The position numbers and the translations under genes were made by a program. Below, in pieces: positions 26,889 through 36,992 of a DNA stretch of 64,000 nucleotides. Under the pieces are notes generated by a model. That model saw only the letters and a list, made by a program, of their open reading frames with translations. It was not told the DNA's origin and did no database searches. The DNA comes from Candidatus Omnitrophota bacterium (lineage in GTDB: Bacteria; Omnitrophota; Gorgyraeia; Gygaellales; Profunditerraquicolaceae). The stretch is from NCBI GenBank assembly GCA_026387335.1, contig JAPLLX010000006.1, positions 44,949 through 108,948 of the forward strand. Direction: 5' to 3'. Position 1 is the first letter of the stretch. Every line of letters starts with the position of its first letter.

Positions 26889-28481
26889 TTAAGCGATTAC
26901 CCGCGGCTTAGAATACAGATCCAGCATTTGATTCAGGTTATTAATATCCCAGGTCCAGATTTTCTCTTCCAGAGCCCTAAGCCTAGTGTTCGTATCAATA
27001 TCTTTAAGCGTCACGATTATCTTCCGCTGTAGCTTATGCCTGTACCTGCGGCATTCCCTGGAAAATTCTACCACATCCTCTTCGCTCAGCTGCTCCTGCT
27101 TAACCGCTACCAGCCAGAGGCTATCGTTAGAACGGCCGATTAAACCGTTTTTAAGGATGCGGCTATGGAACTCTAACGGCTTGATTTCGCGAAAATGATT
27201 CAGGCGGACTCTCCTTTGCTCCATCTGGACCATTTCGTCTTCAAACGACCCCAATAACTCATTCATCCGCTCCATAAGCGGCTTCTGGGCATTAAGTATA
27301 AATTCCTGGATCATTCCTTCCAGGCTGTCGCGGAATTTATTCTTCTGGCTTCTGGCGTCAAAAGTCAAAGAGGAGAGTTTTTCCTGGTAGACGAATTTCA
27401 TCCAAAAACTAAAGACCCGGTCATTGATCTTTAAGAAATCCCCGCTGCGGGTGACCGCATCCAGCTCCAATAAATGCGTGACCCGGGAAATCAAATCTTT
27501 CTTTTGCAGGCGTAAAAGTTGGGAAATATCCTTGATCCGGTTCCGGCCGCTGGAAATTAGATAAAGTATAGATATGTAATCGTTACTGCAGGGATGGTCC
27601 AGGAAACTTTTTATATAATTAGAGAACCTTTGGTTAAGGATACCGCTGGATTCAAAAAGAAGGTTTTCCAAAATCTCCGCGAGAGAGCCTTCTTTATTTT
27701 TAAGGAGCGCGTCAGCCACTACCTCAAGGTACATAGGATAACCGCCGGTAAAATGGACGATGAAATTATTTAAAGGGAGAGCCAGATTTATACCGGAGAG
27801 CCTAAGGCCTAAATATTCACTGCTGGATTTAACGTCAAACGGCTCAACCGTTATGACTTCAAAGTTACCGAATAAAAGAGATAGGTTTTTAGAAAGTATG
27901 TTCTTGGCCTTAAGCTTCATTGAGCTGACGATAATATACATCGTATTCTTATTGGTAATAAGCAACTTAGACCATTCCCGGTAAAGATTCAGGAAACCTA
28001 TTGCCTCAAGATTTTGGAATTCGTCAAATATCACTACGCAGGATTTTCCTGTTTCCTGGTAGAGGACTTCGCAGAGAAGATTTAATTCGGTGAATATACT
28101 TTTCTTCTTCCTTTTATTCAGGCTGCTTAGGATAAACTTGGCTTTTTCTACTGTTTTGGGCGCGAACCTTTCCGACTTATTGATTAAGAAATCCAGATCT
28201 TCTTTTAAGACCATCGCGCTGTTATTAAGAAAATTATAAAACAGGACCCCGATAAATCTTTTGGCAAAAGAATTAAGCGATTCCGGACGCACGTCAAGAT
28301 AGAGGCTGATGATGCGGTTATCCTGAAATTTATTCAGGAAATTAAATATTATAGAGGTTTTGCCTACCAGTTCATCGCCGATTATGGCAATATTCTGACG
28401 GTAATTGTCTTTTAAGCCGCTTACGCGCTTAACCAATATCTCTTCATAAGCCTTACGGCCAAAGAATATCTTCTTCATCAT
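26889..28481 (-). CDS. Archaeal-ATPase-like P-loop protein with wHTH and degenerate endonuclease-like C-terminus
   Basis: FFGR, GDELVGKT, VVIFDEFQ, FTGGYPMYL, D.VFSFW..FVY. Confidence 0.7.
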   Translation of the reverse strand: MMKKIFFGRKAYEEILVKRVSGLKDNYRQNIAIIGDELVGKTSIIFNFLNKFQDNRIISLYLDVRPESLNSFAKRFIGVLFYNFLNNSAMVLKEDLDFLINKSERFAPKTVEKAKFILSSLNKRKKKSIFTELNLLCEVLYQETGKSCVVIFDEFQNLEAIGFLNLYREWSKLLITNKNTMYIIVSSMKLKAKNILSKNLSLLFGNFEVITVEPFDVKSSSEYLGLRLSGINLALPLNNFIVHFTGGYPMYLEVVADALLKNKEGSLAEILENLLFESSGILNQRFSNYIKSFLDHPCSNDYISILYLISSGRNRIKDISQLLRLQKKDLISRVTHLLELDAVTRSGDFLKINDRVFSFWMKFVYQEKLSSLTFDARSQKNKFRDSLEGMIQEFILNAQKPLMERMNELLGSFEDEMVQMEQRRVRLNHFREIKPLEFHSRILKNGLIGRSNDSLWLVAVKQEQLSEEDVVEFSRECRRYRHKLQRKIIVTLKDIDTNTRLRALEEKIWTWDINNLNQMLDLYSKPRVIA

Positions 28482-29140
28482 GGTAAATAAAATAACGGGT
28501 TTTGCGCAAGATGTCCCCGGCGTACTTCAAAATGTAAATATATGCCCCTGTCTCTTCCGCCGGAGCCGGCCTTAGCGATATTCGTTCCTTTGCGCACGAT
28601 ATCTCCGGCCTGGACAAACACCTCGGCGTTCCTTCCATAAACGGTAAATAACCCGTCGCTATGTTCAATAATTATAGTTTTGCCTAATCCGGCAAAATCC
28701 TTATCCACAAAAACTATTCTACCGCTCCTGGAAGCCAACACATCCACAGAACCATAGGGCGCTATATTTATGCCTTTGTTGAGCATATTATTAATGTTCT
28801 GGCCAAAGGTCCCGGTCACTCTCCCGCGTAACGGCCAGATAAAATCATCATTGTCGTCATATTGAATAGCCTGCGTTTGGGGTTGAGAACGATTGGGAAT
28901 AAAAACCTGCTGGCCTACCTCTACCGCCGTAGTATCGGCTATGCGGTTTACCCTAGCCAATTCTTCCAGATCCACTCCATAAATCTTGGATATCTTCCAG
29001 AGGGTTTGGCCTTTTTCTACTTTATGGTAAATACCTCTTATGCCCAAAGGCGCCTTTAGCGCGGCAGGCTTTATATAAGGCGCGGTCGCGCAACCGACTA
29101 ATCCCAGAACCATAAAAATCATTACCGCTATTCTTTTCAT
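28478..29140 (-). CDS. LysM/M23 lipoprotein (NlpD-like)
   Basis: Lipobox LVGC, YHKVEKGQTLWKIS, FIWP, LHFEVR; the first Zn-ligand motif reads NKGIN, so probably non-catalytic. Confidence 0.88.
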   Translation of the reverse strand: MKRIAVMIFMVLGLVGCATAPYIKPAALKAPLGIRGIYHKVEKGQTLWKISKIYGVDLEELARVNRIADTTAVEVGQQVFIPNRSQPQTQAIQYDDNDDFIWPLRGRVTGTFGQNINNMLNKGINIAPYGSVDVLASRSGRIVFVDKDFAGLGKTIIIEHSDGLFTVYGRNAEVFVQAGDIVRKGTNIAKAGSGGRDRGIYLHFEVRRGHLAQNPLFYLP

Positions 29141-29161
29141 TTTCTCTGTGCTTACTATATT

Positions 29162-29235
29162 TGGAGCGGGCGAAGGGAATTGAACCCTCCTATCCAGCTT
29201 GGGAAGCTGGTGTTCTACCGATGAACTACGCCCGC
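29162..29235 (-). tRNA. tRNA-Gly (CCC)
   Basis: GCGGGCGTAGTTCATCGGTAGAACACCAGCTTCCCAAGCTGGATAGGAGGGTTCAATTCCCTTCGCCCGCTCCA; cloverleaf with encoded CCA. Confidence 0.96.
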
Positions 29236-30509
29236 ATACACTCATCCATCAACTTAATAGAACAATACTTCCCGCACATTGTGCATACGTCATTATTCCG
29301 TGGCACAGACGATTTACGGTACTCTCCGGCTTTTAGCGGGTCTATAGAAAGCTTGATCTGTTTTTTCCAATCGCGCTTTAAACGGGCCAAAGAAATCTGC
29401 CTATCCCATTCAATCGAACGTTTATTGTTTTTAACAATGTCGGCGGCGTGAGCGGCGATCCTTGAGGCGATTATCCCTTCTCGAACATCATTAGCTGAGG
29501 GATGCCTTAAATGTTCGGCCGGAGTGACATAACATAAAAAATCCGCTCCGCAACTGGCAGCCAAAGCCCCGCCTATCGCGGCGTTAATATGATCGTAACC
29601 GCTGGCTACATCCGTTACTAACGGGCCTAAAACATAAAAAGGCGCGCCAAAACAAAGTTTTTTCTCTAGCCTTATATTCTTCTCAATTTGATTTAAAGGC
29701 ACATGTCCCGGGCCTTCAATCATGACCTGGACATTCCTTTTTTTGGCCCGCTTACTCAACTCTCCTAAAGTCTTTAATTCCGCGATTTGGGACTTATCCG
29801 TAGCGTCCAAGATGGAGCCCGGACGCATCCCGTCCCCTAAACTTAAAACCACATCATACTCATAGGCAATATCCAGTATTTCATCAAAATATTCATAGAA
29901 AGGATTTTCCTGGTTATGGAAAGAGATCCAGTTAGCGATTATTGCCCCGCCCCGGGAAACAATGCTCAGTATTCTTTTATTTTTTTTAAGTATTTGAATA
30001 TTTTTTTGGGTAACGCCTGAATGAATGGTAAAGAAATCCACTCCTTCTTTGGCCTGCTCCCTTAAAACATCCAGCATATCCAACGCAGTAAATTTAAGGA
30101 AGTTCCCTTCCCTTTTTTGGGCATTGACCGCTATTTCATATACCGGGACTGTGCCTAAAGGAACAGTTGAACGCTGGAGGATCTCTTTACGGATGCGCCT
30201 TAAATTTCCGCCAACGCTTAAATCCATAACCGCATCGGCTCCGAATTTTAGGGAAACGTCTAACTTTGCGAGTTCAACTTTCAGGCTGGATTTATCTGTT
30301 GAGGTGCCTAGATTAGAATTTACTTTAGTGCGTAACCCAAAACCCACGGCGCAGGGCTGAGCTAGTTTGTGATATTTATTCTTAAGTATGACAACTTTAC
30401 CTTCTTTAATATATTTCAAAAGGCTTATTTGGCGGACTCCTTCTTCCCGCGCGATTTTACGCATCAAAGGAGTAATGATATTTTTCTTAGCGAACTCAAG
30501 CTGCGTCAT
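29226..30509 (-). CDS. thiC: Phosphomethylpyrimidine synthase
   Basis: KVNSNLG, SRGG, EGPGH, YVTPAEH, CTMCGKYC. Confidence 0.96.
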   Translation of the reverse strand: MTQLEFAKKNIITPLMRKIAREEGVRQISLLKYIKEGKVVILKNKYHKLAQPCAVGFGLRTKVNSNLGTSTDKSSLKVELAKLDVSLKFGADAVMDLSVGGNLRRIRKEILQRSTVPLGTVPVYEIAVNAQKREGNFLKFTALDMLDVLREQAKEGVDFFTIHSGVTQKNIQILKKNKRILSIVSRGGAIIANWISFHNQENPFYEYFDEILDIAYEYDVVLSLGDGMRPGSILDATDKSQIAELKTLGELSKRAKKRNVQVMIEGPGHVPLNQIEKNIRLEKKLCFGAPFYVLGPLVTDVASGYDHINAAIGGALAASCGADFLCYVTPAEHLRHPSANDVREGIIASRIAAHAADIVKNNKRSIEWDRQISLARLKRDWKKQIKLSIDPLKAGEYRKSSVPRNNDVCTMCGKYCSIKLMDECMRA

Positions 30510-31147
30510 TTGATCTCTTTTAGCTTAGTGGCAAAAAAACTTGCGGACCTAAAACTATCCTTAGAGCTTAAAATTGCCCGGCATAACGCTATTCTATTTA
30601 TTCCGGATGCCACAATCTTTTTTAAGTTAATACGGTTTATATTTCCTATGGCAAAAACCGGTATTTTAATTCTTTGGCTTAAACCACTTAAGCCTTTTAG
30701 GCCTATCGGTTGGCAATCCCGTTTTGTTTTTGTCTTAAATATCGGCCCGATTCCTATATAATCGGCGCCTTCTTTTTGGGCTTTAAGCGCCTGCTTCAGG
30801 TTTGAACAGGAGACCCCGATAATCTTATTTCTGCCCAGCAGGCGTCTGGCCTCCTGAATCGGAATATCCTTTTGACCGATATGTAAACCATCGCTTCCGG
30901 AAAGCTTGGCAATATCCGGATTGTCATTAACGATAAAGAGCGTAGGCGTATTTTTGAGTTCTTGATTAAGGAGAATAGCCTCTTCCAAGAGAACTTCCGG
31001 GAAAGAGCTTTTATCCCTTAACTGGATCATATCTACGCCGGATTTGGCTAGCTTCCTGGCAGTATCTAAAACAGAACGCTTGAATACATCTTTATCCAGG
31101 ATTAGATATAGACGAGATTTTTCCAGCAGCTTTCTTCTCAATCTCAT
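30506..31147 (-). CDS. thiE: Thiamine-phosphate synthase
   Basis: QLRDK, IVND, GLHIGQKD, GPIF.T.TK. Confidence 0.92.
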   Translation of the reverse strand: MRLRRKLLEKSRLYLILDKDVFKRSVLDTARKLAKSGVDMIQLRDKSSFPEVLLEEAILLNQELKNTPTLFIVNDNPDIAKLSGSDGLHIGQKDIPIQEARRLLGRNKIIGVSCSNLKQALKAQKEGADYIGIGPIFKTKTKRDCQPIGLKGLSGLSQRIKIPVFAIGNINRINLKKIVASGINRIALCRAILSSKDSFRSASFFATKLKEIK

Positions 31148-31535
31148 AAATTTTATACCTGATTCTTTTAAATTTAAGAGCAGAATTTATGTTGATAAGT
31201 TTACTGAATTCTTCTAAAACCCGCGTTGATTCTTTCACCCGCTGGATATTGGCAAAAAAAACATCCTTCAGGCTGCCGCGTTTCAATTCATTCCCTTGGA
31301 GTTTCCTGCCCACATCCTTCTCGGCCGATCTTTCTTTAAGGAGTAAGGACCGCGGAACTAAGGTTCTGGTCAGGGCATCAATTTCGTGCCTTAATTTCTT
31401 CAACTGAAGCGTGAGAGCCCGGTTATTTAATATAAAACGGGTAACTTCCTCGCAGACGCGTAAGCCTTCTTTTAAACGGTTAATATTGGCGTCAATGATC
31501 CGGTTAACTGTACTCTTTTTATTTTGCTTTAGCAA
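31092..31535 (-). CDS. Stand-alone ThiD2-family protein (HMP-P kinase)
   Basis: RIIDANINRLKEGLRVCEE..RF, ANIQRVKES.RVLEE, RY.IY.IEK. Confidence 0.82.
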   Translation of the reverse strand: MLKQNKKSTVNRIIDANINRLKEGLRVCEEVTRFILNNRALTLQLKKLRHEIDALTRTLVPRSLLLKERSAEKDVGRKLQGNELKRGSLKDVFFANIQRVKESTRVLEEFSKLININSALKFKRIRYKIYEIEKKAAGKISSISNPG

Positions 31536-31992
31536 TTTTCTTTATCAGGTTAGTAGTGGAAAGCCCTTTTACTAACTTTATGGTTGAGACTTTTCCCCCG
31601 TAAGCTTCGACAAGATCGCTTCCGATTATCTTATTCTTCTTCCAGTCCGCTCCCTTAATTAAAATGTCCGGTTTAACCGCTTTTATTATTTTCAGAGGGG
31701 TAGTTTCCTTAAATAAAGTGAGATAGTCAATACTCTCTAGGCTAGCTAATAGCTTAAGGCGATTAGCTTCATCCACTATAGGCCTGTTTTTGCCTTTAAT
31801 CTTTCTAACGGATGAATCGCTGTTAACGGCTACAACTAAGATATCGCCTTTAGCTTTTGAATCCTGAAGGTACTTAGCGTGGCCGTAATGTAAAATATCA
31901 AAACAACCATTGGTAAAAACAATCTTTTTGCCTTGTTTTCTTAGTTTGGCTAGCTCTCTTTTAAGGGATTTTAAAGATTTGATTTTTCTCAT
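31519..31992 (-). CDS. rfaE2: Heptose 1-phosphate adenylyltransferase (HldE domain II)
   Basis: FTNGCFDILHYGH, NSDSSV, KGADW, STT. Confidence 0.92.
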   Translation of the reverse strand: MRKIKSLKSLKRELAKLRKQGKKIVFTNGCFDILHYGHAKYLQDSKAKGDILVVAVNSDSSVRKIKGKNRPIVDEANRLKLLASLESIDYLTLFKETTPLKIIKAVKPDILIKGADWKKNKIIGSDLVEAYGGKVSTIKLVKGLSTTNLIKKIAKAK

Positions 31993-32561
31993 CAAGAAAT
32001 GCCGGCTTCTTCTATTAGTTCGCATATAATATGCCCTATTACGATATGGGCTTCCTGGATGCGGGCAGTAACACTTGAAGGGACAATCAAAGATATATCG
32101 GCTAACTTTACTATCTCCCCTCCGTCTCCTCCGGTTAAAGCTATTGTCTTAAGCCCCATCTTCTTAGCTTGTTTAAACCCTAATGCCACATTTTTTGCCC
32201 TGCCGCTGGTAGATATGCCCAGGGCCACATCAAATTTTCCGGCTAAAGCTTCGATCTGCCGGGCAAAAACAACTTCATAACCAAAATCATTGGCTAAAGC
32301 GGTAATTACGGATGTATTCGCGGTTAAGGCTATCGCGCCTAAAGCCGGACGGTCTTTTTTAAACCTTCCCACGAGTTCGGCAGCTATATGCTGGGCGTCA
32401 CTGGCCGAACCACCGTTACCAAATATAATTAATTTTCCGCCTTTCCTAAGCGACTCGATTATTGCTGCGGAGATCTTAAGTATTGCACTGACTTCACTCT
32501 TTAATAGCTCTTCTTTAACCTGAATGCTCTCTAATATAATCTCTTTAACTCTTTCTCGCAT
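31992..32561 (-). CDS. gmhA: Phosphoheptose isomerase
   Basis: GNGGSASDAQH, NDFG, STSG, RIQEAH. Confidence 0.95.
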   Translation of the reverse strand: MRERVKEIILESIQVKEELLKSEVSAILKISAAIIESLRKGGKLIIFGNGGSASDAQHIAAELVGRFKKDRPALGAIALTANTSVITALANDFGYEVVFARQIEALAGKFDVALGISTSGRAKNVALGFKQAKKMGLKTIALTGGDGGEIVKLADISLIVPSSVTARIQEAHIVIGHIICELIEEAGIS

Positions 32562-32580
32562 TTAAATACCTCCCCTACGG

Positions 32581-33612
32581 TTAACCAAAGAATACTTTGG
32601 CGATTTCGTAGAGTTCCATATCTACGGTCTTTAAAGCCTTAACCGCGTCAGCTAAAGGAACATCGATTATTTTCATTCCTTGCAGAGCAACCATTCTGGC
32701 GAATTTCTTATTTTTAATTAATTCTACCGCCTTTACCCCCAATCTTGTCCCTAAAACTCGGTCAAATGCTGTCGGTGACCCGCCTCTTTGTATATGGCCC
32801 AAAACGCTGACCCTAGTTTCATAACCGGTCCTCTTTTCTATTTCATTGCCTAATGCCTCGCCAATCCCGCCTAAGCGCACATGGCCAAATGAATCCAGCT
32901 TCTGCTCCTGGGTGATCATTCCTTTATCGCTAAATTGGGCGCCTTCAGCTACGACCACGATGCTGAATGTTTTACCCCTGGAATGCCTTCTTTTAATTAT
33001 ATTGCAGACTTCTTCAATATCAATAGGGACCTCCGGGATTAAAACCACATCCGCACCTCCGGCAATACCCGCTTCCACGGCAATCCAACCGGCATGCCTG
33101 CCCATTACTTCAGCCACGATAATACGGTGATGGCTTTCAGCGGTAGTATGCAAGCGGTCAATACATTCAGTCGCGACATTTAAAGCAGTATCAAAACCAA
33201 AGGTATAATCTGTCGCTGAAAGATCATTATCTATTGTTTTAGGCACGCCGACAATGTTCGGTATCCCGTCTTGGGTCAACTTAGAAGCGACACCTAAAGT
33301 ATCCTCTCCGCCGACAGCCACTAACGCGTATAAACCCATCTTCTTAAAATTTTCTTTAACCTTCTTTAACTCTTCTTCGTTTTTGTAGGGGTTAGTCCGG
33401 GATGTGCCTAATATAGTCCCGCCCTTAGGCAATATGCCGGAGACCGCGTTTAAATTTAAAGGCATTGTGTCGTTTTCCACTAAACCCTTCCAGCCGTTTT
33501 TTATACCGACCACCTCATAGCCTTCTAAGAAAGATTTCCTCACCACCGCCCGAATGACCGGGTTTAAACCGGGGCAATCCCCCCCGCCTGTCAGTATTCC
33601 GATTTTTTCCAT
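32581..33612 (-). CDS. pfkA: 6-phosphofructokinase (PPi-dependent signature)
   Basis: GGGDCPGLN, GGEDT, PKTIDND, MGRHAG. Confidence 0.93.
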   Translation of the reverse strand: MEKIGILTGGGDCPGLNPVIRAVVRKSFLEGYEVVGIKNGWKGLVENDTMPLNLNAVSGILPKGGTILGTSRTNPYKNEEELKKVKENFKKMGLYALVAVGGEDTLGVASKLTQDGIPNIVGVPKTIDNDLSATDYTFGFDTALNVATECIDRLHTTAESHHRIIVAEVMGRHAGWIAVEAGIAGGADVVLIPEVPIDIEEVCNIIKRRHSRGKTFSIVVVAEGAQFSDKGMITQEQKLDSFGHVRLGGIGEALGNEIEKRTGYETRVSVLGHIQRGGSPTAFDRVLGTRLGVKAVELIKNKKFARMVALQGMKIIDVPLADAVKALKTVDMELYEIAKVFFG

Positions 33613-33631
33613 CTTATCCTCTCCTTAAATA

Positions 33632-34237
33632 TTATACCTTGCCATAGCCGCTGAATGGAACAATAGGCCCTTCCTTTTCAAGGTCTTTCTTTCTTTTGTC
33701 TTTTTCGTCTATAGTGATAATTTTAGCCACGTGAATCTTAACGGTAATTTGTTCCTCAATACCTAAAACTTCCTGTATTTTAGACTTGGTTATATCTTGA
33801 AGCCGCGAGGTTAATTCCGGGATATTCGCCTCTTGCTTTAAGACTACCCTTAGGTCTACAATAATACCCTTTTTGGTGGCGATAACATCCGGCCTTAATT
33901 CCTTAATTTCAGGAATTACCCCGGCGAGCCTGCGGATCAGGTCTTCTACCGCTGATAAGGCGATGGTCACTTCTCCGGATGAAGTCGTAAAGGCGATTGT
34001 TTTCTCGCGTTGCAGACGGCCCAGAATCAATTGGGCGAAAGATAAACTTATAAGGATCAATAAAAGCCCGGAGAGCCCGATTATAACCCGGGAATTGGAG
34101 CTGCTTTGAGTATAAATGAATAGATTATTTATATCCTGAGGCTGAAGTAAATTTAAGGCAAAAACAATTAAAACTATTCCCGCTAAGATAATTACCGAAG
34201 AGTAAAACAAAACTCCCAGAACCGTAAATATCCTCAT
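33632..34237 (-). CDS. amaP: Alkaline shock response membrane anchor AmaP
   Basis: Two TM helices, GEVTIAL.AVEDL, IPELTS.LQ; adjacent to Asp23 gene. Confidence 0.8.
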   Translation of the reverse strand: MRIFTVLGVLFYSSVIILAGIVLIVFALNLLQPQDINNLFIYTQSSSNSRVIIGLSGLLLILISLSFAQLILGRLQREKTIAFTTSSGEVTIALSAVEDLIRRLAGVIPEIKELRPDVIATKKGIIVDLRVVLKQEANIPELTSRLQDITKSKIQEVLGIEEQITVKIHVAKIITIDEKDKRKKDLEKEGPIVPFSGYGKV

Positions 34238-34593
34238 ATAGTGCCCCTTTCTATGCCCTGGACATTAACGTCTATATCCTTTACCGAAAGATTGGTCATT
34301 CTCTCCAACGCCTGCCGCACATTCTCCTGAACCTTACTGGCTACTTCCGGAATATTGTAGCCATATTTGATAAACAAGGGAATTTCAACTTTTACTTCAT
34401 CGGACTTATTTATCTCAATTTTTATCGCCGAAGAAGACGGCTTTCCCATTAATTCCAAAATCCTGCTTTTAAGGTTTGTTCCAAGGCGCTTGACTCCCTC
34501 AATCTCCAGAGAAGCCAAGGAAGATACGGAAGCTATCGCGTTTTTGTGTATGCGTATAAGCCCCAGGTCTGTGCGCGAATTATCCTGCTGCAT
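34234..34593 (-). CDS. Asp23/Gls24 family protein
   Basis: G.I.I...IASV, YGYNIPEVA..VQ..V...L..MT.L.V..IDVNVQGI. Confidence 0.9.
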   Translation of the reverse strand: MQQDNSRTDLGLIRIHKNAIASVSSLASLEIEGVKRLGTNLKSRILELMGKPSSSAIKIEINKSDEVKVEIPLFIKYGYNIPEVASKVQENVRQALERMTNLSVKDIDVNVQGIERGTI

Positions 34594-34595
34594 TA

Positions 34596-35957
34596 CTATT
34601 CTCCTTTTATTTCTTCTTTAAACATATCCTGGACAAAATGCGTGGAGATATCGCCTTTTAAGAAAAGCGGATCAGACATAAGCTTAAGATGAAACGGTAT
34701 AGTTGTCTTTATCGGCGCGATATGGAATTCACTTAATGCCCTGCGCATTATCCTTATCGCTTCCTGACGGTTATTGCCATGAACAATCAACTTAGCTATG
34801 AGAGAATCGTAATAAGGAGGGATTTCATAACCCGCGTAAATATGCGTATCCACGCGCACGTTCGGGCCCCCGGGTAAAACCAGGCTCTCAATCCTGCCGG
34901 GAGAAGGCATAAAATTATTATCCGGGTCTTCGGCGTTAATCCGGCATTCAATTGCTACGCCCTTAATATGGATATCTTCCTGCTTAATTTTAAGTTTTTC
35001 TCCCGCGGCCACCCGTATCTGTTCCTTAATCAGGTCGATCCCGGTAACCATCTCCGTGACCGGATGCTCAACCTGGATACGGGTATTCATTTCCATAAAA
35101 TAGAAATTATTTGTTTTTTCATCCAGCAGAAATTCGATTGTCCCGCAGCTCACATAATTTATAGACTTTATGCCCTTAAGGACCATTTCTCCCAGACGCT
35201 TGCGCATTTTGCTGTCAACCGCCGATGAAGGAGATTCTTCCAGCAGCTTTTGATGGCGCCTTTGAATACTGCAATCCCTCTCGCCCAGTTGTAAAATATG
35301 GCCCTGGCGATCCCCGATAATCTGGACTTCAATATGCCGGGGCTCCTCAATATACTTTTCAATATAAACATTGGGATTGCCGAAATTCGCTTCGGCTTCG
35401 GATTGAGCGGTCATCAGGCTAGAGACCAGGGTAAGGTCATTGTGGCAAATACGCATGCCCTTGCCGCCGCCGCCGGCAGCAGCCTTAATAATTACCGGAT
35501 AGCCTATGGCTTTAGCTGTCTTAAGGGCTTCTTCTTTACTCTTAATTACCGCGGCGCTCCCCGGGACAATAGGCAAACCCGCCTTATGCATGGATGAACG
35601 CGCAGCCATCTTATCGCCCATAAGCCGGATATTCTCCGGGGTAGGTCCGATAAAAGTGATCTTGCAGGATTCACAAATTTCCGCGAAATGCGGATTTTCC
35701 GCCAGGAACCCATAACCCGGATGTATTGCTTCGACATCAGTGATTTCCGCTGCACTTATAATCGCCGGTATGTTTAAATAACTATTGGCGGAAGACGCCT
35801 GGCCTATGCAGATAGCTTCGTCGGCAAACCGCACGTGCAAGGAATCCCTGTCGGCCTGGGAATAAACAGCGACAGTCCGGATCCCTAATTCGTGACAGGC
35901 ACGGATAATTCTTAAGGCGATTTCGCCTCGGTTGGCAATGAGAATTTTTGAGAACAT
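34596..35957 (-). CDS. accC: Biotin carboxylase
   Basis: [31 protein letters not shown]. Confidence 0.97.
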   Translation of the reverse strand: MFSKILIANRGEIALRIIRACHELGIRTVAVYSQADRDSLHVRFADEAICIGQASSANSYLNIPAIISAAEITDVEAIHPGYGFLAENPHFAEICESCKITFIGPTPENIRLMGDKMAARSSMHKAGLPIVPGSAAVIKSKEEALKTAKAIGYPVIIKAAAGGGGKGMRICHNDLTLVSSLMTAQSEAEANFGNPNVYIEKYIEEPRHIEVQIIGDRQGHILQLGERDCSIQRRHQKLLEESPSSAVDSKMRKRLGEMVLKGIKSINYVSCGTIEFLLDEKTNNFYFMEMNTRIQVEHPVTEMVTGIDLIKEQIRVAAGEKLKIKQEDIHIKGVAIECRINAEDPDNNFMPSPGRIESLVLPGGPNVRVDTHIYAGYEIPPYYDSLIAKLIVHGNNRQEAIRIMRRALSEFHIAPIKTTIPFHLKLMSDPLFLKGDISTHFVQDMFKEEIKGE

Positions 35958-35962
35958 ATTAT

Positions 35963-36415
35963 TTAGAGAGGCTCGATTAGAAATACGGGCTGCCCGAATT
36001 CTACGGGCTCAGCGTTATCAACAAGGATCTCCAGGATTTTACCCCGGACCTCTGATTTTATCTCGTTCATCAGTTTCATTGCTTCAATTATACAGATGAC
36101 CTGGCCTGGCTCAATATTCTGGCCTACTTCCACATAGGCCGCGGCTTCCGGGCTGGGAGAACGATAAAATGTTCCGACCATAGGCGATTTTACTTCTAAT
36201 GTCTTAACGGAAGATTCTTTGGCCGTTTCAACAATCTGTTTTAGCCCTGCTTCAGTTACTGCCTGTCTCTCTACGACGATGGGCCCATTATAGCTTTCCG
36301 TTCCCAAGGAGGTTTTTTTAAGCCGGATACGCATGCCTTCTTTTTCTATTTCCAGTTCCACCAGGCCGTTTTCATTCATAAGGTTAATCATCTCTTTGAT
36401 TTCTTTGACGTTCAT
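35963..36415 (-). CDS. accB: Biotin carboxyl carrier protein
   Basis: [16 protein letters not shown]. Confidence 0.96.
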   Translation of the reverse strand: MNVKEIKEMINLMNENGLVELEIEKEGMRIRLKKTSLGTESYNGPIVVERQAVTEAGLKQIVETAKESSVKTLEVKSPMVGTFYRSPSPEAAAYVEVGQNIEPGQVICIIEAMKLMNEIKSEVRGKILEILVDNAEPVEFGQPVFLIEPL

Positions 36416-36428
36416 TTAAGGCTCCTCT

Positions 36429-36992
36429 TTAATTGACCCGCTCCACATATTGGCCGGTACGGGTATCCACTTTGATCTTGTCGCCTACATCAATGAACAA
36501 AGGCACCTGAATATTAGCGCCGGTTTCGATTTCCGCCGGTTTGGTCCCGCTTTTAGCGGTATCGCCTTTTATCCCGGGCTCAGTATTAACGATCTTGACC
36601 TCAATAAAATTAGGGAGATTAACAGTAAGGGCTTCATTTTTGTAAAAATAACCCATTACTTCTATATTATCCTTCAGGAACCTTTTATTATCACCTATAC
36701 TGTCCTCGGAAACAGCGATCTCTTCAAAATTATCCTGGTCCATAAAATGAAAAAGGTGGCCCGAGTAATACTGATACTGAAGTTTTCTTTCGTCCACAAA
36801 AGCCTGGTCTATCTTCTCGTCTCCGCGGAAAGTCTTCTCTTGGATATTGGAGTTTTTCATATTTCTTAACCTGGCCCGCACAAAAGCCGCGCCCTTGCCG
36901 GGCTTGACATGCTGGGCGTCAACGACGACATAAACTACGTCATCAACTAATATGGTGACTCCGGATTTTATTTCATTTATGGATAAAGCCAC
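36429..36992 (-). CDS. efp: Elongation factor P
   Basis: HVKPGKGAAFVR, PGIKGDT, VPLFI. Confidence 0.97.
   Translation of the reverse strand: MALSINEIKSGVTILVDDVVYVVVDAQHVKPGKGAAFVRARLRNMKNSNIQEKTFRGDEKIDQAFVDERKLQYQYYSGHLFHFMDQDNFEEIAVSEDSIGDNKRFLKDNIEVMGYFYKNEALTVNLPNFIEVKIVNTEPGIKGDTAKSGTKPAEIETGANIQVPLFIDVGDKIKVDTRTGQYVERVN

Noticed and set aside
29161-29451. + strand 96-aa ORF
   Set aside because: Antisense to tRNA-Gly and thiC; MERAKGIEP is a translated tRNA.
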